Positions 11,019 to 22,126 of a stretch of DNA of 64,000 nt are shown one piece after another. This DNA comes from an uncultured Planctomycetales bacterium (GTDB taxonomy: Bacteria; Planctomycetota; Planctomycetia; Isosphaerales; Isosphaeraceae). The notes below the pieces were generated by a model. The model saw only the letters and a program-made list of their open reading frames with translations, made no database searches and was not told the DNA's origin. Position 1 is the stretch's first letter, and every line of letters begins with the position of its first letter. The position numbers and the translations under genes were made by a program. The stretch covers positions 482,997 to 546,996 of the forward strand of contig CAVVZJ010000014.1 of NCBI GenBank assembly GCA_963752755.1, read 5' to 3'.

Positions 11019-12495
11019 TCATGCGATCAGCTTGGGAACCACCTTGCCAGCGACGTCGGTCAGGCGGAAGTCGCGTCCCTGGAAGCGGTAGGTCAGGCGG
11101 GTATGGTCGAGGCCGAAGAGGCGGAGGATGGTGGCGTGATAATCGTTGACGTGGACCGGGTCTTCCACGACGCCCCAGCCGATCTCGTCGGTCTTGCCGA
11201 TGACCTGGCCGCCGCGGACCCCGCCTCCGGCCATCCAGAGGCTGAAGGCGAAGGGGTGGTGATCGCGACCCGTAACCTTGGCAAACCCCTTTCGGTTCTC
11301 GCCGAGGGGCGTGCGGCCGAACTCGGAGCACCAGAGGACCAGGGTCGAGTCGAGTAGACCACGACGCTTCAGATCCTTCAGGAGCGCGGCGACGGGACGG
11401 TCGGCCATGCCGCAGTTGAAGGCAAGCTCCTTGTCGAGGTGGCTGTGGTGATCCCACGAGGCATGATAGAGGCTGACGAACCGGACACCCCGCTCGACCA
11501 TCCGGCGTGCCAGCAAGCAATTCACGGCGAACTGGTTGTACACGCCGTCCCCGCCACCGCGACCGCCGCCGGCCGGGTTGTCGCGGCCGACGCGGTAGAG
11601 GTCGAGCGTCTCCTTGGACTCGCCCGAGAGGTTGATCAGCTCGGGGGCGGCCGACTGCATCCGGAAGGCCAGCTCATAGGCGGCAATCCGACTGTGGATC
11701 TCCGGGTCCTGGATCTCGGCGTGATGACGGGCGTTGAGGGCGGAGATCGTCTCGATGCTCCGTCGCTGGAGATGTTTGGAGAGGCCGGGCGGGTTGCTGA
11801 GGTTGAGGACAGGGTCGCCCTGACTGCGGAAGAGGACGCCTTGATGGTGCGTCGGCAGGAAGCCGCTCGACCAGAGCGATGCCCCGCCACTGGTGCCACG
11901 TCCGGACGTGAGGACGACATAGCCGGGGAGGTTGCTCGACTCGCTCCCCAGGCCATACGTCAGCCAGGCTCCCATGCTCGGGCGTCCGAAGATCGGCACG
12001 CCACAGTGCAGCAAAAGCTGGCCGGGGTGGTGATTGAACTGGTCGGAATACATCGACCGGATCAAGGCGATGTCATCAGCGCACTCGCCCAGGTGTGGCA
12101 GGAGGTCCGACAGCTCCATGCCGCACTCCCCGTGCGGGGTGAAAGTGCGCGGGCAGCCCATGACCCTGGCCGTCTCCTTCTGGATGAAGGCGAACCGCAC
12201 TTCCTTGGTGAACGACTCGGGCAAGGCCTGTCCATCCAGCTCGTTGAGCTTCGGCTTGGGGTCGAACAGGTCGATCTGGCTCGGTCCGCCTTCGAGGAAA
12301 ATGCAAATGCACGCCTTCGCCTTCGGCTCGAAGTGCGGCGGCACGCGGGGCGAGGGGGTTGGCCAGGTCGGGTTCGGCGGCGAGCAAGCCCTCGTCACGG
12401 AACAGCGAGGCGAGGGCGGCCAGGCCGACGCCGCTGGCCGTCGAGGTCAGGAAATCGCGGCGCGACTGGCGGAGGGCGTCCGGGAACATCGACAA
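11019..12495 (-). CDS. DUF1501 domain protein (sulfatase-like fold, TAT signal), partner of the adjacent PSD gene. Frameshift near ~12350.
   Basis: TAT leader (MSMFPDALRQSRRDFLTSTASGVGLAALASLF) in ORF 12076..12495. DUF1501 body (…ICIFLEGGPSQIDLFDPKP… …GRDHHPFAFSLWMAGGGVRGGQVIGKTDE…) in ORF 11019..12398. Confidence 0.75.
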
Positions 12496-12543
12496 TCTCT
12501 CCTTCCCCGTCCTGAGAGGACCTCGCGATGGCTCAACGCACGC

Positions 12544-15088
12544 TCATTCCCGGGTGACGAATTCATCCAGGTTCAGCACCGTCCTCGCGACGACGACCCA
12601 GGCTGCCAGCTCCGGCGCCTCGGGGTCCGTCGCCTCCGCGGAACCGAGGAATTCCCTGGCCTCCTCCGGTTGGGAACGGAACTCCTCGTACGCCTCCTCG
12701 AACAGTTCGACCAGCACCCCCGACTCCTCCGCGCTCGGCGACCGCGCCAGGCAGAGCCGGTACGCCTGCTCGATCCGCTGCGACGGCGGACCGTTCTCGA
12801 CCTCCGCGATGATGCGACGGACCAGGGCACCGGCACACTCCACGAAGACGGCGTCGTTCAACAGAGTGAGCGCCTGCAAGGGGGTATTCGATCGCTCTCG
12901 CTTCACGGCGCAGACGTTAGCATCCGGGGCGTCGAAGGTGGTGAGCATCGGGTAAGGGGATGTGCGCTGGAACCAGGTGTACATTCCCCTTCGATAACGG
13001 TCTGCTCCGCGGCTCTCGACCCAGCGAGCGCTGCCGGCATAGGTCAGCTCCGCGATGCCGGCAGGCTGTGGTGGACGGACGCTGGGGCCGCCGATCCGTC
13101 CTGTCAGCAGGCCGCCGGAAGCCAGGGAGAGGTCCCGGATGATCTCCGCCTCGACTCGGAATCGGTTCTGACGCGCCAGCAGGACGTTCAGAGGGTCGCG
13201 CTCCTCCAGGTCCGACCGCGCATGCGACGACTGGCGATAGGCGGACGAGGTCACGATCTGTCGGATCATCGCCTTGCGGCTCCAGCCACCATCGCGGAAC
13301 TGGCAGGCGAGCCAGTCGAGCAAGTTCAGGATGCGACGGCCTCTCGCCTCGCGTGCCGAAATCCTCCGAGCGTCGCCACGAGCGGCCGGCCGAACAGGTG
13401 GCCCCAGATCCGGTTGACCGCGACACGCGACGTCAACGGGTTCGCCGGATCGGTCAGCCAGCGGGCGAGGTCGAGCCGATCGGGCGACCGGCTCGCGAGC
13501 TTGCAAGGGAGGCAGAACCCCCAGCGTGTGCGGCCGGACTTCCTCACCGGGTCGGAGGAAGTCGCCGCGGATCAGGACGTGGGAGGTGGGTGGGTTCGGG
13601 TTCTCAGCGATCGTCCGCACCAGCGAGGCGTGGCGCCTTCGGCGCGGCCTTCGCGTGCTTCGTGACGATCGCTGCCAACGTCCGGGAGCGAGGGTCGATT
13701 GTGCGGTGATACGCGGCCAGTTGTTCCGCCTCGTCGGGCGACCGCTCAGCCGTGGGACGGGCGAGGATCGTCACGATGGCCGGAGGAATCTCCTCGGTCG
13801 GGACGAGCGTTACCGGGTCCCGTTCCCACTCCGCCTGTCGCGACGGCCGCTGGTTCCTGTCGTCGTCCTCCTGGGCCTCGACGAGCCGTCGATGCGCCGC
13901 CTCGTGCGCCGCTCTGGCCCGTTCGTAAGCCTGCTGCCCGCCGGGCAAAGGCGCCTCCAGATTGACTTCCTGGCCGGTGTTGAAGAAGGCGAAGAGACCG
14001 TAATACTCGCGCTGGGTGATCGGGTCATATTTATGCGAGTGGCACTGAGCGCAGCCGACGGTCAATCCAAGCCAGACCGTCCCGGTCGTGTTGGCCCGAT
14101 CGAGGACGGCCTTGACCCGGAATTCCTCAGGGTCAACGCCGCCCTCGGTATTCGTGAGCGTGTTGCGGTGGAAGCCGGTGGCGGTCTTCTGGGAGAGGTT
14201 GGCGTCGGGCAGGAGGTCGCCCGCGAGCTGCTCGGTCGTGAATTGATCGAAGGGCAGATCGCGGTTCAAGGCGTCGATGACCCAGTCGCGATAGCGGTAG
14301 GCGAATGGCCGCGCGGAGTCCTTCTCATAGCCGTCGCTATCGGCGTAGCGGGCGAGGTCCAGCCAGTGACGTCCCCAGCGCTCGCCGAAGTGAGGGGAGG
14401 CGAGCAGGCGATCGACGAGGTGCTCGTAGGCGTCGGGACGCTCATCCGAGAGGAAGTCGGCGATCTCGTCCGGGGCCGGCGGCAGCCCGAGAAGGTCAAG
14501 GCTGAGGCGACGGATCAAGGTGGCGCGATCGGCCTCGGGGGACGGGTCGATCCCCTCGGTCTCCAGCCTGGCGAGAAGGAACCAGTCGATCGCATTGCGG
14601 GGCCAGGATGCCTGGCGGACCGCAGGCAAGTCGGGACGGGACAGCGGTTGAAAGGCCCAATGGTCGCTCTGGATTTGACCGTTCGCACCGCTCGTCCCGG
14701 CGTCGTCGGGCCAGTCAGCGCCCTGGGCGATCCAGTTGCGAAGAAGCTGCACCTCTTCGGGGGCCAGGCGGTCGCCCTTGGGCGGCATCGCGATGGTCGG
14801 ATCTTCGCCGACAACCCGGGCAATCAACTCACTCTCGTCGGGCTTGCCCGGCACGATCGCCGGTCCGAGGTCGCCGCCGGCCAGCGCTTCGGCCTTGCGG
14901 TCGAGGCGAAGTCCCGATTTCCGCTTCTCCGGTCCGTGGCAGGCGTAGCAACTCCGGGCGAGGATCGGTCGGACCTCGCGCCCGTAATCCACCCGTTCCG
15001 GACGGTCCGCATGGGCGACCGGCTGGGGCACGATCGGGGCCAGCGCGATCAGACCGAAAATGAGTGTCGCCGGGGTGTTGTGGGCCAT
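12544..15088 (-). CDS. Planctomycete PSD-type protein: PSCyt (CxxCH) + DUF1549 + DUF1553. Frameshift near ~13610.
   Basis: N-terminal half (ORF 13604..15088) has …[21 protein letters not shown]… and …[16 protein letters not shown]…. C-terminal half (ORF 12544..13620) has the DUF1553-type tail (…[22 protein letters not shown]…). Confidence 0.75.
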
Positions 15089-15328
15089 CGCTTGGGGTCC
15101 TCGGTCGCGGTGGGCCGGTCGCTCGGACCGTAGGTGGAGGACCAGGGTAGGATTCCCTCCAGTGTTTCAGAACGCGTGGGCCTTGTCAAACACGTCGCGA
15201 TCCCGGTCGCGTCGCCTCGCGGCAAGCTTCCACGATTCCTCGTTTGACGGAGCCCCGCCCCGATCCTTACGATCGTCCGATCGAGACGCCGTCCGACCCG
15301 CCTGAGAGCCGCCACGAGGAATCCTTCG

Positions 15329-17703
15329 ATGGAAAACCCGCTCGACAACGAACTGCTCGGGAAGTTGGACGCTTACTGGCGGGCCTCCAATTACCTCTCG
15401 GTGGGTCAGATCTACCTGCTGGACAACCCCCTCCTGCGCGAGCCACTGAAGCTGGAGCACATCAAGCCGCGACTGCTCGGCCACTGGGGAACGACGCCCG
15501 GCCAGAACTTCCTTTACGTCCACCTCAACCGGATCATCAAGCAATATGATCTCGACATGATCTACATCTCCGGGCCCGGACATGGCGGCCCGGCGTCGTG
15601 GCGCAGACTTACCTGGAAGGGATCTACAGCGAGCTATACTCACACATCACCCAGGACGAGCAAGGCTTGAAGCGGCTTTTCAAGCAGTTCTCCTTCCCCG
15701 GCGGCATCCCGAGCCACGTCGCGCCCGAGACACCCGGTTCGATCCACGAAGGCGGCGAGCTGGGCTACAGCATCAGCCACGCCTTCGGCGCCGCGTTCGA
15801 CAACCCAAACCTGATCGTCGCCTGCGTCGTCGGCGATGGCGAGGCCGAGACGGGGCCACTGGCGACCGCCTGGCACTCGAACAAGTTCCTCAACCCGGTC
15901 ACTGACGGCGTCGTTTTGCCGATCCTCCACCTGAACGGCTACAAGATCGCCAACCCGACCGTCCTGGCCCGGATCAGCCACGAGGAGCTGGACCAACTTC
16001 TGCGCGGTTACGGCTGGACGCCTTACTTCGTCGAGGGCGACGACCCGACGACGATGCACCAGAAGATGGCCGCGACGCTCGACCGGGTCGTCGCCGACAT
16101 CCGCCGCATCCACGACGAGGCTCGCAACCGGGGCAACGCCGAACGCCCGCGCTGGCCGATGATCGTCCTCCGGTCGCCGAAGGGCTGGACCGGTCCGAAG
16201 GTCGTCGATGGCAAGCGGGTCGAGGGAACGTTTCGAGCTCACCAGGTCCCGCTCTCGGAGCCGACGGATCACCCGGAACACCTCAAGGAGCTGGAAGACT
16301 GGCTGCGGAGCTACAAGCCCGAGGAGCTGTTCGACGAGTCGGGTCGCTTCCGCCCCGAACTGGCCGAGTTGGCCCCGGTCGGCGACCGCCGGATGGGCGC
16401 CAACCCGCACGCCAACGGCGGCTTGCTCCTGCGTGACCTGCGGTTGCCCGACTTCCGCGAGTACGCCGTCGATGTCCCCTCGCCCGGCTCGGTCCAGGCC
16501 GAGGATACCCGCGTCCTCGGCAAGTTCCTCCGCGATGCGATCCAGGAGAACCAGGATCAGCGCAACTTCCGCATTTTCGGCCCGGACGAGACGGCGTCCA
16601 ACCGTCTGTCGGCCGTCTTCGAGGCGACGAATCGCCAGTGGGAAGCCCCGGTCGAGCCCGGTTGCGACGAGTTCCTCGCGCCGGAAGGGCGGGTCATCGA
16701 GATGCTCAGCGAGCACCAATGCCAGGGCTGGCTCGAAGGCTACCTGCTGACCGGCCGACACGGGATGTTCAACACATATGAGGCGTTCGTCCACATCATC
16801 GACTCGATGTTCAACCAGCACGCCAAGTGGTTGAAGGTCACGCGGGACATCCCCTGGCGACGGCCGATCGCCTCGTTGAACTACCTGCTGGCCTCACACG
16901 TCTGGCGGCAGGATCACAACGGCTTCACGCACCAGGACCCCGGTTTCCTTGACGTGGTTGTCAACAAGAAGGCCGAGATCATCCGGGTCTATCTGCCACC
17001 GGATGCCAACTGCCTGCTCTCGGTAATGGACCACTGCCTGCGGAGCCGGCATTACGTCAACGTCGTCGTGGCCGGCAAGCACCCCGCGCCGCAGTGGCTC
17101 GACATGGAAGCGGCCGTCAAGCACTGCACGGCCGGCATCGGCATCTGGGAATGGGCCAGCAACGACCGCGGCGGCGATCCCGACGTCGTCCTCGCCTGCG
17201 CCGGCGACGTGCCGTCGCTGGAAACGCTCGCCGCCTCGCAACTGCTCCGGGAGCACTTGCCCGAGTTGAAGGTCCGCGTCGTCAATGTCGTGGACCTGAT
17301 GCGGCTCCAGCCGGAGACCGAGCATCCGCACGGGATGTCCGACCGCGAGTTCGACGTCCTGTTCACCAGGGACAAACCGATCATCTTCGCCTTCCACGGC
17401 TACCCCTGGCTGATCCACCGACTCGCCTACCGACGGACCAACCACAAGAACCTCCACGTCCGCGGCTACAAGGAGGAGGGCACGATCACGACCCCCTTCG
17501 ACATGGCCGTGCTCAACGACCTCGACCGCTACCACCTTGCCGGTGATGTCATCGACCGCCTGCCCCAGCTCGGCGACCGGGCCGCATACTTCAAGCAGTG
17601 GCTCCGCGACAAGCTGATCGAGCACAAGGAATACATCTGCCAATACGGCGAGGACATGCCGGAGGTCCGGGACTGGGAATGGAAGCCCATCGCTTCCTCC
17701 TGA
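15329..17703 (+). CDS. xfp: Phosphoketolase (xylulose-5-P/fructose-6-P phosphoketolase). Frameshift near ~15595.
   Basis: …[11 protein letters not shown]… in ORF 15329..15670, continuing …[11 protein letters not shown]… …[11 protein letters not shown]… …[20 protein letters not shown]… in ORF 15598..17703. Together ~790 aa, typical XFP length. Confidence 0.8.
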
Positions 17704-17806
17704 GCCAGCCGACGGTTCAGCCCCCTTCGGAATTGCATCCGGACACAACATGACGTAGGATCATCAGGGTCATCGCCATGCGAGCACGGATTCACCCTGT
17801 CTCTCC

Positions 17807-18415
17807 GTGCCGGGTGGTTGTCCCTATTGCGTCCAGGGGGTGGGCCGATGGACCGTGCGTAAGATCGCCGTCATCGTCATCGGTATCGGGATCTTCATTT
17901 ACGGCTGCATGGAGTGGCAGCTCAAGACGGTCGCGAAGGAGTCTCCGAGACCGATCACCGCGGCGGAGCTGGCCGCCAGCGGGCCGGGGGACAACGCCCA
18001 CATCATCTTGACGAACTTCAGTCTCTGTAACGACTTCGTGATCGAGACGAGCAGCAAGACGAAAACCTGGCGGAAGGTCTGGGTGCCCGCCATGCCGGCG
18101 GGCCAGGCGTTTAACAGCGGCAACGTTCGGATCATCATCAAGGATTCCAGTTGCCGGAGCGAGGCCGACGTCGCATCGATGAGCTTTGGCTCGATTCAAG
18201 GACTGGTCATCAACAAGATCTCCTCGCTCGGTTCGAAGGAAAAGAGCCTCCTGCAACAGTCCTACCCCGGCTCCAACTTCTCCACCTGCTGGATCGTGGA
18301 GCGCAACCGCAAACCGATGGCGGCGGGGCTGGTGGTCACGCTCATGGGTGGTGGCGGATTCGCGGCGCTCATCGGCGTTGCCTGGATCGTCAACGCTAAG
18401 AAGAACAACCACTGA
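17807..18415 (+). CDS. Small hypothetical membrane protein: N- and C-terminal TM helices with a hydrophilic K/N/S-rich middle (202 aa).
   Basis: VRKIAVIVIGIGIFIYG and AAGLVVTLMGGGGFAALIGVAWIV hydrophobic segments. Locally lower GC and atypical codon usage. The antisense frame is R-rich junk, so this strand is preferred. Confidence 0.5.
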   Translation: MPGGCPYCVQGVGRWTVRKIAVIVIGIGIFIYGCMEWQLKTVAKESPRPITAAELAASGPGDNAHIILTNFSLCNDFVIETSSKTKTWRKVWVPAMPAGQAFNSGNVRIIIKDSSCRSEADVASMSFGSIQGLVINKISSLGSKEKSLLQQSYPGSNFSTCWIVERNRKPMAAGLVVTLMGGGGFAALIGVAWIVNAKKNNH

Positions 18416-18429
18416 CCGACCGACAGCCC

Positions 18430-18919
18430 GTTTGACGACGGGTCGGGTTGGCTCCGCCGCCTGATCCGCGAGAGCCGCGATCCGGCTGAGGGCTTCGTCG
18501 CGTCCTCGTTCGGCGGTGGTCGAGAGTCCGAGGCCGGGGTCGAGGTTCGTCGCGGGGACCGTGACAAGCCAGGCCGGAGGATGGGCGCCGAAAAGTGATT
18601 GAGCCAGGCCGAGTAGCCGCCCAGGATCGCTCGCGTGTCCGATCGCGGTTTTGCCGGCGGCGGGCTCGATCGGCTGAACGAGGCATGCCTCGTCCGCCTC
18701 CGCGACGCCGGGCGTCCACGAAGATGGCCAGCCGCGCGGCGGCCAGTGCTCGGCCATCTCGGGAAGGAGTTGGTGAGCGGTGATGGCCTGGATGTCCCGC
18801 CGACCCCAGCCCGAGACCGCCTCCGCGACGAGCGGACCGGCCGCGTCGTCTCCACGGAGAGGGTTGCCGTAACCAATCACCAGGATCAGCTCGGGAGAAG
18901 GTGGAGAACGTATCGTCCA
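18430..18919 (-). CDS. hoxW: Hydrogenase maturation protease (HoxW/HyaD/HycI family). Start and end are uncertain because no in-frame stop occurs until 17792.
   Basis: Minus-strand frame immediately downstream of hoxH gives …PELILVIGYGNPLRGDDAAGPLVAEAV… …ITAHQLLPEM…, the endopeptidase signature. An ATG (MDDTFSTFS) lies one frame off, 5 nt after the hoxH stop. Confidence 0.5.
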
Positions 18920-18924
18920 TGCGA

Positions 18925-20349
18925 TCAGTCCCTCCAGGTCTCGCCGCGAATCGAACCCTCGGCGTCGATGAGCTGCACATGCAGAGGCATCTGGCCCAAG
19001 GCGTGGGTCGAGCAGCTCAGGCAAGGGTCGAAGGCGCGGATGCCGGCTTCGAGGCGGTTGAGGACCCCTTCGGGGATATCCGGCCCCTTGATGAAGTGGC
19101 CGGCGATCTGGGCCATCGCCCGGTTCATTGCCAGGTTGTTCTGGCCGGTGGCGATGATCAGGTTGGCCCAGCGGATCAAGCCTTGCTCGTCCACCTTGTA
19201 ATGATGAAAAAGTGTGCCGCGGGGCGCCTCGCTGACGCCGACCGCCTCTAGCGCATTGACCCCGGCATGAGCCCGGCAATGCTCGGAGAGGACATCCGGA
19301 TCGTCAAGCAGTAGCTCGATCCGCTCGATACCCGCCAGGATCTCGATCAGGCGGGCGTAGTGATACCAGAAGGAGGAAACGGCGGGCCGACCGGCCCGCT
19401 GTCGGTATTCGGCCAGCTCGGCGTCGGCCAGGGGGGTCCCGATCGTCTCGCAGAGGTTGAGCCGTGCCAGCGGACCGACGCGATAGATGCCGTCCGGGAA
19501 GCCGAGCGGCCGGTAATAGGGCGATTTCAGGTAGGAATCGGGCTGGACCGACTCGCCGATGAACTCGCGATAATGAGAGGGGTTGAGGCCGTCGGCGACG
19601 ATCCGGCCCTCGGCGTCGGTGAGGCGGAGACAGCCATCGTAATACTCCCAGGAGCCATCGGGGCCGACCAGGCCAAGGAACAGGGTCGGGAAGTTGCCGA
19701 AGCTGGCGCACTCGTCGCGGAACTGGTCGATCAGACCTTTGAAGCGTTCGAGGGCGTCGAGGGCGGTCGTCCTGGCCTCGGGGATGCGGTCGCGAATCCG
19801 GTCGCGGTCCTCCATCGCGAGCGGCGAGCGGACCCCGCCGGGGACCGTCCATGCCGGATGAATCTTGCGGCCTCCGAGCCGCTCGATGATCTCCTGGCCG
19901 AACTGCCGGAGCCGGATGCCGCGGCGGGCCAGATCCGGCTCGGCGCTGATCAGGCCGAAGATGTTCCGGCGTGATGGGTCGCTGTCGAGGCCGAGGAGGA
20001 GGTCGGGAGCGCTGAGGTGGAAGAAGCTGAGGGCGTGGGACTGGACGATCTGGGCCAGGTTCAACAGGCGCCGAAGCTTGACCGCGGCGGGCGGAATCGT
20101 GACGGCGAGCAGGCCATCGCCGGCCTTGGCGGAGGCCAGCAAGTGGCTCACCGGGCAAATCCCGCAGACCCGCGCTGTGATTCCGGGCATCTCCCAGAGT
20201 GGGCGTCCCTCGCAGAACTTCTCGAAGCCGCGGAACTCGGCGACATGGAACCGAGCATCGGTGACCTTTCCCGCCTCGTCGAGGTGGATCGTGATCTTGG
20301 CATGGCCTTCGATGCGGGTGACAGGGTCGATGACGATCCGCTTGCTCAT
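18925..20349 (-). CDS. hoxH: [NiFe]-hydrogenase large subunit, group 3 (bidirectional/cytoplasmic type).
   Basis: [19 protein letters not shown]… (L1 Ni-binding motif RIEGH), C-terminal …[10 protein letters not shown]… (L2 motif), ~474 aa. Confidence 0.85.
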   Translation of the reverse strand: MSKRIVIDPVTRIEGHAKITIHLDEAGKVTDARFHVAEFRGFEKFCEGRPLWEMPGITARVCGICPVSHLLASAKAGDGLLAVTIPPAAVKLRRLLNLAQIVQSHALSFFHLSAPDLLLGLDSDPSRRNIFGLISAEPDLARRGIRLRQFGQEIIERLGGRKIHPAWTVPGGVRSPLAMEDRDRIRDRIPEARTTALDALERFKGLIDQFRDECASFGNFPTLFLGLVGPDGSWEYYDGCLRLTDAEGRIVADGLNPSHYREFIGESVQPDSYLKSPYYRPLGFPDGIYRVGPLARLNLCETIGTPLADAELAEYRQRAGRPAVSSFWYHYARLIEILAGIERIELLLDDPDVLSEHCRAHAGVNALEAVGVSEAPRGTLFHHYKVDEQGLIRWANLIIATGQNNLAMNRAMAQIAGHFIKGPDIPEGVLNRLEAGIRAFDPCLSCSTHALGQMPLHVQLIDAEGSIRGETWRD

Positions 20350-20387
20350 GGATATTCCTTCGGGCGCTGGGTTTGGCTCGCCGGTTG

Positions 20388-20930
20388 TCAACCAAACTGG
20401 ATTTCCCGACCCTCCAGGTGCGGTCGCTCACCGGCGAGCAACGGCTCCAGTACGGCCCGAATCCTCGGAGCCGGGGGGGGACAGCCCGGGATGTAGAAGT
20501 CGACGGGCACGACCATGTGAACCGGCGTGACCTGATCCAGCAAGACCGGCACCGTGATCGCGTCGGACGGCAGCGCTGAGACCGGTGCCACGTCCTCCAG
20601 GTACGAGCGCCGGAGGACCGGTTCGGCCGTGCCCAGTGGGTTGCGGAGGGCGGTCACGTTGCCCGTCACGGCGCAGTCGCCGAAGGAGATCAGCATTTTC
20701 GTCCGCTCGCGCACCTTGCGAATCAAGCTCAGATGCTCCTCGTTCGCAACGGCACCCTCGACGAGCACGACATCCACACCGTCGGGATACTCCTTTGTAT
20801 CGACGAATGGTGAGAAGACGATATCGACCTTCGCCGCAAGGTCGATCAGGAACTCGTCAAGATCGAGGAACGACATGTGGCAGCCCGAGCAGCCGCCGAG
20901 CCAGACCGTGGCCAGTCGCAAACGCTTCAT
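20388..20930 (-). CDS. hoxY: [NiFe]-hydrogenase small subunit, group 3 (HoxY/delta-type).
   Basis: [20 protein letters not shown]… …FGDCAVTGN… …[10 protein letters not shown]…. Start overlaps the hoxU stop (ATGA). Confidence 0.8.
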   Translation of the reverse strand: MKRLRLATVWLGGCSGCHMSFLDLDEFLIDLAAKVDIVFSPFVDTKEYPDGVDVVLVEGAVANEEHLSLIRKVRERTKMLISFGDCAVTGNVTALRNPLGTAEPVLRRSYLEDVAPVSALPSDAITVPVLLDQVTPVHMVVPVDFYIPGCPPPAPRIRAVLEPLLAGERPHLEGREIQFG

Positions 20931-21634
20931 GATTCCTTCCCCCGCGCCTCGATGAACGCCTCCAGCCTCGAACGTCCATGCTTCCGCTCCGCCACGGAAT
21001 CGCCGCGCTCGAAGAGGGCGCCGGTCGGACAGGACATCACGCACTTGCCGCAGGATGTGCAAGTTGGCGACTCGCCCCAGGGCTGGCCCACGTCGGCCAC
21101 GATCCGCGAACCCGTGCCGCGTTCGGCGACGCCCCAGGTGTGGGCTCCCTCGATCTCGTCACACGTTCGCACGCAGCGCATGCACAGCACGCAACGGTTG
21201 TGATCGAGGCCGTAACGTTCGTGGCTGAGGTCCACTTCGAGGGCCGGGTTCAGGTAGCCGAGACGGACATGGTCCATCCCCACCTCGATGGCTAGGTTCT
21301 GCAACTCGCAGTCGCCATCGGCCACGCAGACTGCGCAGATGTGGTTGCGTTCGGCGAAGAGTAGCTCGACGATCATCCGCCGGTCTTCGCGAAGCGCCTC
21401 GGTATCGGTCTGGACGACCATCTTCTCGGACACCTTCGTGGCGCAGGCCGGTTGCCGGTGAGGGCTTCCCTCGATGGCGACGGCGCAGACGCGGCAGGAG
21501 CCGACCTCCGAGAGCCCTTCCAGGTGGCAGAGTGTGGGGATCGCGATCCCGGCAGCCCGGGCGACTTCGAAGATCGTCTGCCCTTCGCGGGCGGGCACGG
21601 TCCGGCCGTCGATCGTGATGGTGCTGACCGCCAT
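20927..21634 (-). CDS. hoxU: Hydrogenase diaphorase-module FeS subunit (HoxU-like; 2Fe-2S plus several 4Fe-4S, NuoG N-terminal type).
   Basis: MAVSTITIDGRTVPAREGQTIFEVARAAGIAIPTLCHLEGLSEVGSCRVC… plus CxxCxxCxxxCP clusters (CVLCMRCVRTC, CTSCGKCVMSCP). Confidence 0.75.
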   Translation of the reverse strand: MAVSTITIDGRTVPAREGQTIFEVARAAGIAIPTLCHLEGLSEVGSCRVCAVAIEGSPHRQPACATKVSEKMVVQTDTEALREDRRMIVELLFAERNHICAVCVADGDCELQNLAIEVGMDHVRLGYLNPALEVDLSHERYGLDHNRCVLCMRCVRTCDEIEGAHTWGVAERGTGSRIVADVGQPWGESPTCTSCGKCVMSCPTGALFERGDSVAERKHGRSRLEAFIEARGKES

Positions 21635-21951
21635 GAGGCGCCTCGCTACGGAGCGTTGTGAGGATTGCAGAAAAACAGGTGGTGCTGGATCGAGTGATGG
21701 CTTCGGGATCATCCGAGGGATGAACCCCCCCTCGGGAATCTGGGACGACTGCCATTCTGGCAGGTGGGTTCGTTTCGAAATCGGCAAACTTGAACCAGCT
21801 TCCCGGGATGGTAAGTCATGGCCAGGAGGGACACCCGACAACACACAAGATGGATAAAATCCAATCAAACAATCATCAATAATTTTATGGTTTCATGCAA
21901 TCGTGCTCTTGGTGTGGAGGGTGGCTGTCAAGTGATCGGAACGTTCGAGAA

Positions 21952-22000
21952 ACGAAAAAGCCCCGATCATGCCCGGGGAGGCACGATGGGGGCTTTCTTA
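21952..22000 (-). terminator. Rho-independent terminator downstream of ppsA: a long hairpin flanked by an A-run on the left and a T-run on the right (possibly bidirectional).
   Basis: aaaaaGCCCCGATCATGCCcggggagGCACGATGGGGGCtttctt. The T-run on the minus strand follows the stem. Confidence 0.6.
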
Positions 22001-22126
22001 GCCGCCGGGACAGGTTGTCGCCCGTCGAGAGCGGTTGACCTGGGCCGGTAAATCCTAGAGGGGCCGCGAGGGCGAGTCAAGGCGACGTCGGTTGCGGACA
22101 TCCGGGAGTGAAAGCCCGCGGAATGA

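Noticed and set aside
13526-15133. Long ORFs antisense to real genes (e.g. 13526..15133+, 19304..20431-, 28614..30563+, 32592..33725+, 34901..37162+, 42677..44560-, 56235..57845-, 1789..2880+)
   Set aside because: They are typical high-GC antisense open frames: R/G/A/P-rich and low-complexity with no motifs. They lie opposite well-supported genes with clear family signatures.
21740-21800. Possible sigma54 promoter (TGG…TTGC) upstream of hoxU
   Set aside because: The GG–GC spacing is 11 rather than 12 and the flanking consensus is poor, so it is too weak to call as a feature.
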